From NCBI GenBank assembly GCA_964649185.1, contig CAZYOO010000001.1, positions 34,465 through 98,464 of the forward strand: a stretch of DNA of 64,000 nt, given 5' to 3'. Positions 1 through 9,983 of the stretch are shown here, one piece after another (position 1 is the stretch's first letter; every line of letters starts with the position of its first letter). The notes beneath the pieces were generated by a model that saw only the letters and a program-made list of their open reading frames with translations, did no database searches and was not told the origin of the DNA. Source of the stretch: an uncultured Dehalococcoidales bacterium (GTDB lineage Bacteria; Chloroflexota; Dehalococcoidia; E44-bin15). A program made the translations under genes and the position numbers.

Positions 1-522
1 GATGGCAACCCGCTGCTGCTCGCCGCCGGAGAGCTCCCCCGGCCTGTGGTCCATGCGATCCTTAAGCCCTACCACTCGAAGTAGCTGGGCTGCCCGCCGA
101 TGGTACCGCTGGCCGTTGCGCACAGGCAACACGGGGGTGAGCACATTCTGCAGGGCATTCAGCGTCGGCACCAGATAATAGGTCTGGAAGATGAAGCCGA
201 GCTTGGCGCGCCGTATGCGGTACAGCAGCCTCTCGGGAACCCGGCTCGACTCTACGCGGTCGATGACCACGCGTCCGCTGGTAGGCCTATCCAGCGCCCC
301 CAGCATATTCAGAAATGTGGTCTTGCCGCTCCCCGACGGCCCGAGGATGGCGACGAACTCGCCTTTCCTTATATTCAGGTTTATCTTCTTTAGCGCCTCC
401 ACCCGGGTAGGCCCTTTGCCATATGTCTTGTTCAGATCCTGTGCCACAACTATGTTGTCTCTCCAGAAATTGGCGTCGGTGGTGGCAACGTTACGCTGTG
501 TCACTGTCCTGAAACTATCCAT
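1..522 (-). CDS. ABC transporter ATP-binding protein (MacB/LolD/FtsE-like), partial; C-terminus lies beyond the window start
   Basis: Hand translation of the minus strand from the ATG at 520-522 gives MDSFRTVTQRN...KGEFVAILGPSGSGKTTFLNMLGALDRPTSGRVVIDRVESSRVPERLLYRIRRAKLGFIFQ with a Walker A motif. The + strand ORFs 100..393 and 191..589 are its antisense shadow. Confidence 0.8.
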   Translation of the reverse strand, partial: MDSFRTVTQRNVATTDANFWRDNIVVAQDLNKTYGKGPTRVEALKKINLNIRKGEFVAILGPSGSGKTTFLNMLGALDRPTSGRVVIDRVESSRVPERLLYRIRRAKLGFIFQTYYLVPTLNALQNVLTPVLPVRNGQRYHRRAAQLLRVVGLKDRMDHRPGELSGGEQQRVAI

Positions 523-531
523 AACGCTCAC

Positions 532-1647
532 CTATACGGCCCTCATGCTCTCTATGGGGCTTACCCTAGCCGCCCTCAGTGCCGGATAAAGGCCTCCAAC
601 GACACCCATCATCACACCGAACCCTAGTATCGTGAGTACCAGATTCCACGTGATGAGTGTAATGCTGACATTCATGTACTGGTCGATGGCGTAGCCGGAT
701 ATATATCCGAAACCCAGCCCCGCAGCCGCTCCCAGAAGGGCAACCGCCAGCGACTGTACGATGACCGAACCGATGATATTATTATTGGACCACCCGGAGG
801 CTTTCAATATGCCGAACTCTTTAGTTCGTTCGATCACTGAGATGAGCATGACGATGAATATGGAGATTCCGCCGGCGACAGCCGCCACCAGCGAGACGAT
901 CCACAAAAAGCTGCTCATGGTGCTCATCATCTCATTGAAGGAGCCCAGAAGTTCGGTGGCGATCATGGTCTGTACCGGCACCCCCTCCCGCTCGAACAGT
1001 TCAACTAGAGCGTCATTCACCGTCTCCACGTTCTCCGTGTTATCGACTTCAACGTGAATGAAATTAACCTTATCGTCGGTAATGCCAACCAGCTTCCTTG
1101 CACTCTCCATATCGGTGTAGGGGTAAAAGTCGATACTGCTGCTTCCCGTTTCAAACATCCCCACTACGGTGAAGGTGACCGGTTGATTTTCTGCTGATAG
1201 TAGAGTGAACTCTCCCCCAATGTCGGCAAATTCCCCCCCCTCAGCAATAGCAAACGCGGCAAGCGTGTTTCCCAGTATCACCTGGTTTTTACCCGGTTGT
1301 GGAGCACTGCCCTCGGTCAGGTGAACACTGGGACCGTCCAACTCGGCATCCTGCTCGAAGTCAACTCCCCTTATAGTGACGCCCATGGGGTCGCCGAAAT
1401 CGGCGCCGAACTGGTCACCCTCCCTGGGCGTGGGTATGAACCACAGCACCATCGGGGTCACGCTCTCCACGTGGTCAATTTCTTCTATGTCGGATGTATA
1501 TGAGGCCGAGAACGGTGTGCCGCCACCGGTAAGGAAGGCCATGGGGTTATCGGCGGGATAGATCCCTATCCCCCCTGCCAGCTCGGTCATCATAGTGTTC
1601 ATCATGTCATCCATACCAGCGGATATGCTCAATAAAACGGTCATCAA
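532..1647 (-). CDS. ABC transporter permease, MacB/FtsX family. The true N-terminus probably extends upstream to about 1689 via a non-AUG start (see findings).
   Basis: A 371 aa ORF with a large extracytoplasmic domain followed by FtsX-like TM helices (…FLWIVSLVAAVAGGISIFIVMLISVIERTKEFGILKASG…). It sits 10 bp upstream of the ATPase gene. Confidence 0.8.
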   Translation of the reverse strand: MMTVLLSISAGMDDMMNTMMTELAGGIGIYPADNPMAFLTGGGTPFSASYTSDIEEIDHVESVTPMVLWFIPTPREGDQFGADFGDPMGVTIRGVDFEQDAELDGPSVHLTEGSAPQPGKNQVILGNTLAAFAIAEGGEFADIGGEFTLLSAENQPVTFTVVGMFETGSSSIDFYPYTDMESARKLVGITDDKVNFIHVEVDNTENVETVNDALVELFEREGVPVQTMIATELLGSFNEMMSTMSSFLWIVSLVAAVAGGISIFIVMLISVIERTKEFGILKASGWSNNNIIGSVIVQSLAVALLGAAAGLGFGYISGYAIDQYMNVSITLITWNLVLTILGFGVMMGVVGGLYPALRAARVSPIESMRAV

Positions 1648-1734
1648 CTGGATACCCAGAGCCGTGCCGAGAATCGCGAATATGGCGATTCCCTTCCTCC
1701 TGAAGGCACTGGATACCGCAAACCTAAACAGTAT

Positions 1735-2376
1735 CTACTCCTCGACAGGGCTTGCCCCCCCGTTCGCAACTTTCTTAATCAGCAGCAGTGCATTCTTGGC
1801 CCCGGGTACCGCTCCGTGAACCAGCAGCAGATTGCGTTCCGCATCTGCCTCTACTACCCTTAGTTTCCTCACAGTTACTCTCTCATTGCCCATATGGCCA
1901 GCCATTCTGATCCCTTTGAACACCCTGCCCGGTGTGGCACTGGAGCCTATCGATCCCGGCGCACGGTGGCGGTCGGACTGACCGTGCGTCTTGGGCCCGC
2001 CGGCGAACCCGTGCCGCCTGACGCCGCCCTGGAAGCCCCTGCCCCTGGACATGCCGGTAACATCGACGATGTCCCCGGGCTGGAATATGCTTGCATCCAC
2101 CTTTTGTCCCACCTCGATGGAGTCGATATCCTCAGCTTCGAATTCACGCAGGTGCTTGAGCATACCCAGCTTCTTCAGGTGCCCCTTCTCCGCGGAAGTA
2201 AGGCGCTTGGCCTCACCGAATCCCAGCTGCACGCCGTTGTAGCCCTCTTTGTCGGCGCGCTTGACCTGGGTTACGAAACAGGGCCCGGCCTCGATGGCGG
2301 TAACCGGCACCGCATTCCTATCTTCAGTGAAGATTTGGGTCATGCCCAGCTTCCTGCCTATTATCCCCGTTATCAT
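1735..2376 (-). CDS. rplC: 50S ribosomal protein L3
   Basis: 213 aa, MITGIIGRKLGMTQIF…GFQGGVRRHGFAGGPKTHGQSDRHRAPGSIGSSATPGRVFKG, classic L3. Confidence 0.95.
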   Translation of the reverse strand: MITGIIGRKLGMTQIFTEDRNAVPVTAIEAGPCFVTQVKRADKEGYNGVQLGFGEAKRLTSAEKGHLKKLGMLKHLREFEAEDIDSIEVGQKVDASIFQPGDIVDVTGMSRGRGFQGGVRRHGFAGGPKTHGQSDRHRAPGSIGSSATPGRVFKGIRMAGHMGNERVTVRKLRVVEADAERNLLLVHGAVPGAKNALLLIKKVANGGASPVEE

Positions 2377-2396
2377 CGCGTTACTCTTGTTCAGGT

Positions 2397-2705
2397 CTAA
2401 ATCTTGATCTCTATATCGACCCCTGCCGGAAGGTCCAGCCGTGTCAGTGTATCGATCGTCTTCGAGGACGGATCCAGTATATCGAGCAGCCTCTTGTGGG
2501 TGCGAATCTCGAACTGCTCCCGTGAGTCCTTATCCACATGGGGGGATCGGATCACGCAGAACTTCTTTATCCGGGTGGGCATCGGAACCGGGCCCACTAC
2601 CTTCGCCCCGGTCTGCTCGGCGGCCTCAACGATCTGCTCCACCGATTGATCCAATATGCGATGATCGAAGGCCTTGAGTTTTATGCGGATCTTCTGCTTC
2701 GGCAT
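2397..2705 (-). CDS. rpsJ: 30S ribosomal protein S10
   Basis: 102 aa, [21 protein letters not shown]…[12 protein letters not shown]. Confidence 0.95.
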   Translation of the reverse strand: MPKQKIRIKLKAFDHRILDQSVEQIVEAAEQTGAKVVGPVPMPTRIKKFCVIRSPHVDKDSREQFEIRTHKRLLDILDPSSKTIDTLTRLDLPAGVDIEIKI

Positions 2706-4798
2706 CAGGCCAGCCCTCCCACTTTAATGACTAATTGCTCCGCCAGATCGGGAGGCAGCTCTTCATAACGATAAAACTCCATTGTATAGCTGGCCCGCCC
2801 CTGGCTCATGGACCTCAGGTCGGTGGTATAACCGAAGGTCTCTGCCAGCGGGATCAGGCAGCGCACTATCTTGGTGCCCCTCTCGCTGTCGATACTGGTT
2901 ACCTGACCCCTTTTGGAGTTAAGGTCTCCCAGAATATCTCCCATGAACTCCTCCGGGGTGACTATCTCCACCTTCATCACAGGCTCAAGGAGTATCGGGC
3001 TGGCCCTCCGGGCGCCGTCCCTCAGCGCCAGGGCTGCAGCCGCCCTGAAGGCGATATCGCTGGAATCGACCTCGTGGTAACTGCCATCATAGAGTACAGC
3101 TTTAATATCGACCAGGGGATAGCCCCCTAGAACGCCGCCCTCCATCGCGTCCCTAATCCCGTTCTCGACATGAGGGATGAACTGCTTTGGTATAGCGGCG
3201 CCCTTGATCTCATTAACGAACTCGAAGCCGCAGCCACGCTCTCCGGGATGCAGCTCAATCATCACATGGCCGTACTGCCCCCTGCCGCCGCTCTGCCGGA
3301 TGAACCTCCCTTCAGCCTTGACCGTCCTGGATATGGTCTCCCGGTAAGCAACCCGCGGCCTGCCCACGCTGGCCTCCACCTGAAACTCTCGCAGCAGGCG
3401 TTCCACGATCACCTCGAGGTGAAGCTCCCCCATGCCCGATATGAGCGTCTGTCCGGTGTCCTCGTCGTAACGGGTAGTGAATGTGGGATCCTCCTGTGCC
3501 AGCTTGGCCAGGGCGATATCGAGCCGGTCCTGCTCGGCCCGCGACTTGGGTTCGATGGTCACCATCAGCACCGGGAGCGGGAACTTGATCCTCTCCAGGA
3601 CTATGGGAGCGTTCTGGTGGCAGATGGTATCCCCGGTGAAGGTGTCCTTCAGCCCCATGGCCGCGGTGATGTCTCCCGCCTCCACCCGCTTGATGTCCTC
3701 GCGACTGTTGGCATGCATCTGCAACAGACGCCCGATCCTTTCCCTGTGATCGCTCCTCGAGTTGTACACCTGTGCTCCGGCCTCTGCCTTACCGGAGTAA
3801 ACCCTGATATAAACCAGGCGGCCGACGAATGGATCCGACACCACCTTGAAGGCCAGTGCAGCGAATGGGCTGCCATCGCTGGGGGACCGCTGAAGCTCCT
3901 TGCCGTCCCTGGGATCTATGCCTACCACCGGGGGCACATCCAACGGAGAGGGCAGGAACGAGACAACAGCATCCAGCACCGGCTGCACCCCCTTGTTGCG
4001 CAGGGCGCTGCCGCACAGGACGGGCACCACTTTGTTGGCTATGGTGGCCCGCCTGAGCGCATCGCATATCTCGGTGGTGCCGATCGTCTGGCCCTCGAGA
4101 TAGATGCCCACCAACTGGTCATCGCATTCGGCCAGTCTTTCGATCATCTCTTCGCGATAGCGATTCGCTATGTCCTTATATTCGCTGGGGATATCTTCAT
4201 ATAGAGGAGCTTCCTCCATACCATCGGAGAAAACCAGCGCTTTCTCGTTAATCAGATCAATCACTCCGGTGAATGAATCCCAGGTCCCGATGGGCAATTG
4301 TACCGGTATCGGCATTGCCCCCAGGCGCTCTCTGATCATCCTGACTGTGCGATGGAAATCCGCGCCGAGCCGGTCCATCTTGTTGACGAAGCAGATCCGG
4401 GGAACCTTATAGCGATCAGCCTGGCGCCATACTGTCTCCGACTGGGGCTGCACACCGGCCACCGCATCGAATACCACCACGCCTCCGTCGAGCACCCTCA
4501 GGCTCCTCTCAACTTCAGCGGTGAAATCCACATGCCCCGGCGTATCGATTATGTTGATCTTATGGTCCTGCCAGTGACAGGTGGTGGCAGCAGCGGTGAT
4601 GGTGATGCCGCGCTCTTTTTCCTGTGACATCCAGTCCATTACCGCGGTGCCCTCATCTACGTTGCCCAGCTTATAGGTTCGGCCGGTATAATACAGGACC
4701 CTCTCAGTAAACGTGGTTTTACCCGCATCGATATGTGCGATAATGCCGATATTCCTTATTCGATCCAATGGTAACTGTCTGGACATCTTCCTCACCAC
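2705..4798 (-). CDS. fusA: Elongation factor G
   Basis: 697 aa with the GTPase motif AHIDAGKTT and domains II-V; it lies between rpsG and rpsJ. Confidence 0.95.
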   Translation of the reverse strand: MVRKMSRQLPLDRIRNIGIIAHIDAGKTTFTERVLYYTGRTYKLGNVDEGTAVMDWMSQEKERGITITAAATTCHWQDHKINIIDTPGHVDFTAEVERSLRVLDGGVVVFDAVAGVQPQSETVWRQADRYKVPRICFVNKMDRLGADFHRTVRMIRERLGAMPIPVQLPIGTWDSFTGVIDLINEKALVFSDGMEEAPLYEDIPSEYKDIANRYREEMIERLAECDDQLVGIYLEGQTIGTTEICDALRRATIANKVVPVLCGSALRNKGVQPVLDAVVSFLPSPLDVPPVVGIDPRDGKELQRSPSDGSPFAALAFKVVSDPFVGRLVYIRVYSGKAEAGAQVYNSRSDHRERIGRLLQMHANSREDIKRVEAGDITAAMGLKDTFTGDTICHQNAPIVLERIKFPLPVLMVTIEPKSRAEQDRLDIALAKLAQEDPTFTTRYDEDTGQTLISGMGELHLEVIVERLLREFQVEASVGRPRVAYRETISRTVKAEGRFIRQSGGRGQYGHVMIELHPGERGCGFEFVNEIKGAAIPKQFIPHVENGIRDAMEGGVLGGYPLVDIKAVLYDGSYHEVDSSDIAFRAAAALALRDGARRASPILLEPVMKVEIVTPEEFMGDILGDLNSKRGQVTSIDSERGTKIVRCLIPLAETFGYTTDLRSMSQGRASYTMEFYRYEELPPDLAEQLVIKVGGLA

Positions 4799-5262
4799 CG
4801 ATAATGAACGAAGGCGCGGTTCGCCTCGGCCATTTTGTGCGTATCCTCCCTCTTTTTGATGGTAGCACCCTGGCGCTGCGCGGCATCCATGACCTCTGAC
4901 GCCAGCTTTTCCGCCATGGACTTGCCGCCGCGGGCCTTTGCCGCTTTGAGAAGCCAGCGCATAGCCAGGGATAGCCCGCGTCCCTGCCGCACCTCTATGG
5001 GCACCTGATAGGTCGCACCACCGACGCGGCGCGGCTTCACCTCAAGGAGCGGGGTAGCGTTCTTGATCGCCTGCTCCAGGGTCTCTACCGGATTCCCCTT
5101 CGTCTGCTCCGCTATGATATCCAGGGCATCATAGACAATACGCTCAGCGGTGCTTTTCTTGCCACGGGTCATAACGCGGTTGGTTAACCTTGTCACTATT
5201 TCAGAGTGATACCGTGGGTCCGGAATCACCCCCCTTTTCGCGACACTTGCCTTCCTTGACAT
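4792..5262 (-). CDS. rpsG: 30S ribosomal protein S7
   Basis: 156 aa, [31 protein letters not shown]…. Confidence 0.95.
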   Translation of the reverse strand: MSRKASVAKRGVIPDPRYHSEIVTRLTNRVMTRGKKSTAERIVYDALDIIAEQTKGNPVETLEQAIKNATPLLEVKPRRVGGATYQVPIEVRQGRGLSLAMRWLLKAAKARGGKSMAEKLASEVMDAAQRQGATIKKREDTHKMAEANRAFVHYRW

Positions 5263-5265
5263 GTT

Positions 5266-5694
5266 CTATTCTCCAGATGAGCGTTTTGCCTGTTTGGCCC
5301 CGTATTTACTGCGCCCCTGCTGCCGGTTCTCCACCCCTCCCGAGTCCAGGGCACCGCGGATTATGTGATACCTTACACCGGGGAGATCCTTGACTCTCCC
5401 CCCCCGGATTAAAACGACGGAGTGCTCCTGCAGGGTATGTCCCTCCCCCGGTATGTAGGCGGTAACCTCCATAGTATTAGTCAGCCGTACGCGTGCCACC
5501 TTTCGCAGGGCGGAATTAGGCTTCTTGGGGGTTACCGTCTTGACCTGGGTGCATACCCCCCGTTTCTGCGGCGATCCTTCACCGCTCTGCATCGATCCTT
5601 TGAGCGCATTGTAGGTAAAGTGCAACGCCGGAGTCTTGATCTTCCTCCTGGACTTAGCACGCCCCTTTCTTACCAGTTGATTTACAGTTGGCAA
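5266..5694 (-). CDS. rpsL: 30S ribosomal protein S12 with a TTG start and a roughly 13 aa insertion
   Basis: [12 protein letters not shown]…[10 protein letters not shown]…[18 protein letters not shown]… An extra [16 protein letters not shown] segment sits before the PQKRGVCT motif. The start codon is TTG at 5692-5694. Confidence 0.9.
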   Translation of the reverse strand: MPTVNQLVRKGRAKSRRKIKTPALHFTYNALKGSMQSGEGSPQKRGVCTQVKTVTPKKPNSALRKVARVRLTNTMEVTAYIPGEGHTLQEHSVVLIRGGRVKDLPGVRYHIIRGALDSGGVENRQQGRSKYGAKQAKRSSGE

Positions 5695-5810
5695 TTATAC
5701 CCCCCAACACATAATTAAAGGCCGAGCCTTGCGGCTAAGCGGCCTTACTAGCCCTCTTTTCCTGCAGCCGTTCGGCCTGTACCGGGCTAGTCAATGGGCA
5801 CTAACTTGAT

Positions 5811-5840
5811 AATCTAACATATCCCTGGCAGATATGTCAA
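5811..5840 (-). promoter_or_regulatory. Putative σ70-type promoter of the str operon (-35 TTGACA, 17-18 nt spacer, -10 TAGATT) with a leader of about 110 nt
   Basis: The minus-strand sequence reads cTTGACAtatctgccagggatatgtTAGATT upstream of rpsL. Confidence 0.4.
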
Positions 5841-5905
5841 GATAGTTTGCATCGGTTTTACACATTCGCTTGACCTTTGTTTGCGGTGAGGCTTATGCTT
5901 TAGTC

Positions 5906-6625
5906 ATGAAAAAGCGCATAGACCTGCTGCTGGTGGAGCGCCAAGTGGCGGACAGCCGGGGTAAGGCGCAGGCCATGATACTGGCAGGCGATGTTCTCAT
6001 CGAGGATAAGGTTGTAGACAAGCCGGCTACCATGGTGCCCGACGATGTGCGCATCGAACTACGCCAAAAACCGCCATTCGTGAGCAGGGGTGGGCTGAAA
6101 CTGGCACATGCGCTGGAGCGGTTCAACATCGATGTATCCGGTATGGTAGCCCTCGATGTCGGCGCCTCTACCGGGGGGTTCACCGATTGCCTGCTGAAGC
6201 GGGGGGCTGCCAGGGTCTACGCCGTCGATGTGGGCTACGGGCAACTGGATTACAGGCTGAGAGTGGATCCCAGGGTTACGGTGATGGAGAGGGTCAATGC
6301 CCGCTATCGATTTGCCTTGCCGGAACAGGCGGATCTGATAACGTTGGACATTTCCTTTATCTCGTTGAACAAGGTTATCCCCACAGTGTCCAAGCTGGTG
6401 AAACCGGAGGGGAAGATGATATGCCTGGTGAAGCCCCAGTTCGAGGCAGGGCGATCGATGGTGGAAAAAGGAGGAGTGGTTAAAGACCCGGCGATCCATT
6501 CCCTGGTGCTGGGCGACTTCGTATCGTGGGCCATCGGACAGGGGTACAGGCTGCGGGATCTAACCCCGTCGCCGATCAAAGGCGCCGAAGGGAACCGTGA
6601 GTTCTTTGTGTTGCTACAGGTTTGA
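5906..6625 (+). CDS. tlyA: TlyA-family rRNA 2'-O-methyltransferase (hemolysin A-like)
   Basis: MKKRIDLLLVERQVADSRGKAQAMILAGDVLI… has an S4 domain followed by an FtsJ-like methyltransferase domain (VALDVGASTGGFTDCLLKRGA). The ATG at 5906 is preferred over the track's upstream TTG at 5870. Confidence 0.8.
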   Translation: MKKRIDLLLVERQVADSRGKAQAMILAGDVLIEDKVVDKPATMVPDDVRIELRQKPPFVSRGGLKLAHALERFNIDVSGMVALDVGASTGGFTDCLLKRGAARVYAVDVGYGQLDYRLRVDPRVTVMERVNARYRFALPEQADLITLDISFISLNKVIPTVSKLVKPEGKMICLVKPQFEAGRSMVEKGGVVKDPAIHSLVLGDFVSWAIGQGYRLRDLTPSPIKGAEGNREFFVLLQV

Positions 6626-6627
6626 CC

Positions 6628-7401
6628 ATGGCTAAGAGGGAGCTTCAAATCGCGCTGGAGGGCATCCGGCTGAAAGGTGAGGTTTACCTCCCCAATATAG
6701 CTCTGGCGCCCTATCCCACCCTGTGCCTGTGTCACGGCTTGCCCCGCGGCGGCCCCTCTGTCTCCGGCGATGGCGGATATCCTTCCCTCGCTGCCAGGCT
6801 GGCAGGCTGCGGCTTCATGTCCGTCGTCTTCAATTTCAGGGGGGCGGGTGCAAGCGAGGGCAACTTCGATATGCTGGGCTGGACACGGGACCTGGAGGCG
6901 GTGATCAACTCGGTATCCAACATGGATGAAGTGAAGAGGGATAGCGTTGCGCTCGTTGGATTCAGCGCCGGTGCCGCCGCCGCCATCTACGTGGCAGCCC
7001 GCGACCTGCGGATATCATCCGTCGTATCATGTGCTTGCCCCACGGTATCGCGCATCGGCACGGACCGGGAGCTGGCACAGCGGATGATTGCCGAGTTCCG
7101 CCGATCGGGGATAATCAAGGATGCCGACTTCCCTCCTTCGCTGGATGAGTGGATGGCGGGATTCAACCACGTCTATTCGCCAGAATGGGTGGCGCGGATA
7201 GCGCCGCGGCCCATCCTTTTTATTCATGGAACCGAGGATGACGTTGTCCCTGTCGACAGTTCGCGGGACCTGTACGACAGGGCCGGGGAACCGAAGGACA
7301 TCATTATAATCGAGGGGGCCGGCCACCAGCTTCGCCTTTCGGAGCAGGCGATGGATGCCGCTGTGGATTGGCTGAAGTCCCAATTGTTTATTGGGGATTG
7401 A
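6628..7401 (+). CDS. Alpha/beta hydrolase (dienelactone-hydrolase/peptidase S9-like)
   Basis: It has a GFSAG nucleophile elbow and the Ser-Asp-His order typical of alpha/beta hydrolases. Its start overlaps the tlyA stop. Confidence 0.65.
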   Translation: MAKRELQIALEGIRLKGEVYLPNIALAPYPTLCLCHGLPRGGPSVSGDGGYPSLAARLAGCGFMSVVFNFRGAGASEGNFDMLGWTRDLEAVINSVSNMDEVKRDSVALVGFSAGAAAAIYVAARDLRISSVVSCACPTVSRIGTDRELAQRMIAEFRRSGIIKDADFPPSLDEWMAGFNHVYSPEWVARIAPRPILFIHGTEDDVVPVDSSRDLYDRAGEPKDIIIIEGAGHQLRLSEQAMDAAVDWLKSQLFIGD

Positions 7402-7456
7402 CCCCTCATCTCGACTAGGAATATAATTAGTAATAGAGGGGGCCTATACAATACGT

Positions 7457-8848
7457 ATGAATGAGTGCTGTGCCTTGTTTGGGGTCTATGCCCCGGGCGA
7501 AGATGTGGCCAGGCTCACCTTCTTTGGCCTCTACGCGCTGCAACACCGCGGTCAGGAAAGCTCCGGTATAGCCACCTTCGACGGGCAGCAGATAAGCGTG
7601 CACACCAAGATGGGGCTGGTATCTCAGGCCTTCAACGAGAGGATACTGAGCCAGCTTCAAGGCGATTTCGCCATTGGCCACAACCGTTACTCCACCACCG
7701 GCTCCAGCCGTGCCAACAACGCCCAGCCGATCCTCGTGGAGGGACCAGCGGGCAGGATAGCCCTGGCACACAACGGGAACATCGTCAACGCACAGGAGTT
7801 GCGGCAGCAGCTCGAGGAGCAGGGGTACCAGTTCCTCACCACCACTGACTCCGAGATCATCGCCTATCTTATCCTTTCAGCGCCCAAGAAGACGTGGGTG
7901 GAGCGGATAAGGCACGCGATGAAACGTCTGGTGGGCGCCTATTCCCTGGTGATTCTCACCGAAGACACCCTGTTCGGTGTCCGTGATCCGCTCGGAGTCA
8001 GACCGCTGTGCCTGGGCAAGCTCAACGGCGGCTGGGTGCTGGCCTCGGAGAGCTGCGCGCTGGACCACACCGGCGCCCAGTTCCACCGCGAGATAGCGCC
8101 ATCCGAGATACTGGCCATCGACGCCGATGGCATGCACAGCCACAAGGGCAAGCGCGCCGACAGGGGCGGACTGTGCATCTTTGAATATATATACTTCGCC
8201 CGGCCCGATAGCTTGATCGCCGGACGCCGCATATACTCCGCAAGGGAGGCTATGGGGGCCCGTCTTTCCCATGAGCATCCGGTTGACGCCGATCTGGTAA
8301 TCGGCGTCCCCGATTCGGCCACCGCCGCCGGCATCGGCTACTCATTGGAGTCGGGTATCCCCTTCACCGAGGGGCTGCTCAAGAATCGGTATGTAGGCCG
8401 CACCTTCATCGAGCCGCACCAGCGGATCAGGGACCTCGGGGTTCAGCTCAAGTTCAACCCCATGCCGGAGAGGCTGGAGGACAAGCGTGTGGTGCTGGTG
8501 GATGACAGCATCGTCCGCGGCACCACCACACCGCGGGTTATCGCCCTGCTCAGACGGGCGGGCGTGAAAGAGGTACACATGCGTATCTGCGCACCCCCGA
8601 TTCGCTTCCCCTGTTGCCTGGGGGTTGACATGGCTACCAGTTGGGAGTTGATAGCCGCACAGAAGGATATTCCCGAGATCGCGGAGTTTATCGGTGCCGA
8701 CTCTTTAGGTTACCTGAGCATGGAGGGGCTGATAGAGGCGGTTAACCTGCCCGAGGACCTGTTCTGTCTCGCCTGTTTCACCGGTGAGTATCCGGTACCG
8801 GTTCAGCTGGGGATGGATAAGATGAAACTGGAGACGGCCAGGCGGTGA
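7457..8848 (+). CDS. purF: Amidophosphoribosyltransferase
   Basis: 463 aa. A short MNEC propeptide precedes the CALFGVY N-terminal nucleophile, followed by a PRTase domain. Confidence 0.9.
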   Translation: MNECCALFGVYAPGEDVARLTFFGLYALQHRGQESSGIATFDGQQISVHTKMGLVSQAFNERILSQLQGDFAIGHNRYSTTGSSRANNAQPILVEGPAGRIALAHNGNIVNAQELRQQLEEQGYQFLTTTDSEIIAYLILSAPKKTWVERIRHAMKRLVGAYSLVILTEDTLFGVRDPLGVRPLCLGKLNGGWVLASESCALDHTGAQFHREIAPSEILAIDADGMHSHKGKRADRGGLCIFEYIYFARPDSLIAGRRIYSAREAMGARLSHEHPVDADLVIGVPDSATAAGIGYSLESGIPFTEGLLKNRYVGRTFIEPHQRIRDLGVQLKFNPMPERLEDKRVVLVDDSIVRGTTTPRVIALLRRAGVKEVHMRICAPPIRFPCCLGVDMATSWELIAAQKDIPEIAEFIGADSLGYLSMEGLIEAVNLPEDLFCLACFTGEYPVPVQLGMDKMKLETARR

Positions 8849-9880
8849 GTGTTGGGTGCTGAGGGGGAGAAGAGAACCTATCGCGACGCCGGTGTGGATA
8901 TCAATGTCGCCGATAGCGTAGTAAAAGTAGTACGGGAGCAGGCACGAGCCACATTCACTCCCGGGGTGTTGAGCGATGTCGGCTTTTTCGGCGGCCTTTT
9001 TGAGCTTACGGGGTATCGACAGACGGTTCTGGTCTCCAGCACCGACGGCGTGGGCACCAAGCTTAAGATCGCCTGTGTCCTGGGCAAACACGACACCATC
9101 GGAAAAGACATAGTAAACCATTGTGTGAACGACATACTGGCCTGCGGCGCATCCCCCCTCTTCTTCCTGGACTACATCGCTATGTCCAAACTCATCCCGG
9201 ATGTGATAACCAGCGTCACCGGGGGGATGGCCCAAGCCCTCGCCGAGGCAGGGTGCGCCCTCATCGGAGGGGAGACCGCCGAGATGCCCGGGCTGTACCC
9301 CGAGGGGGAATATGACATCGTGGGCTTCATAGTCGGCGCTGTGGAAAAGGATGGCATCCTCACCGGCGAATCGATTTCAGCCGGCGATGCGATCATCGGC
9401 CTGCCCTCCAGCGGGCTGCACACCAACGGATACTCCCTGGCGCGCAAGGTGTTCGATACGGACAGGGACCCCACGGTGCTGAAGCGGTTCCAAGACCAGC
9501 TTGGCATGACGCTGGGCGAGCGACTGCTGGAGCCCCACCGCTGCTATTTCACGGCATTGAAGCCGTGGCTCTCTCGAATCAAAGGGCTGGCCCATATCAC
9601 CGGTGGCGGCATCCCCGGAAACCTGCCCCGTACCATCCCCCGGGGACTGGCAGCCAGGATCGACAGTGATGCGTGGGAGGTTCCGGCGATATTCTCGCTG
9701 ATACAGGAGCAGGGCAATATCGATCGGGACGAAATGTACCGCGTATTCAACATGGGGATGGGCATGCTGGTCATCTGCAGCCCCGATACCGCGACTGAAT
9801 TCGTCGGGGCAGTGTCAGATGCCAGGGTTATAGGTGAGATCACCGAGCAAGGGAATGGGGATAGGGTGATCCTACAGTAA
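8849..9880 (+). CDS. purM: Phosphoribosylformylglycinamidine cyclo-ligase (AIR synthetase)
   Basis: 343 aa, typical PurM (…YRDAGVDI…GGLFEL…). Confidence 0.9.
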   Translation: MLGAEGEKRTYRDAGVDINVADSVVKVVREQARATFTPGVLSDVGFFGGLFELTGYRQTVLVSSTDGVGTKLKIACVLGKHDTIGKDIVNHCVNDILACGASPLFFLDYIAMSKLIPDVITSVTGGMAQALAEAGCALIGGETAEMPGLYPEGEYDIVGFIVGAVEKDGILTGESISAGDAIIGLPSSGLHTNGYSLARKVFDTDRDPTVLKRFQDQLGMTLGERLLEPHRCYFTALKPWLSRIKGLAHITGGGIPGNLPRTIPRGLAARIDSDAWEVPAIFSLIQEQGNIDRDEMYRVFNMGMGMLVICSPDTATEFVGAVSDARVIGEITEQGNGDRVILQ

Positions 9881-9983
9881 TGGTCGCCAACGTCGGCGAG
9901 CCCAGTTGGGGGATGGGGTCATAGGCTCGTGTCAAGAACGAGATGACGGACAGCACACATAAACTAATTTAAGGAGGTACTAG

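Noticed and set aside
3170-4204. Long antisense ORFs inside fusA, ClpB (28130..29686), the HMGCS-like genes (51302..52498, 59510..60397) and many others
   Set aside because: These are shadow ORFs typical of GC-rich DNA. The opposite strand encodes well-conserved proteins, and the shadow ORFs have no RBS or recognisable domains.
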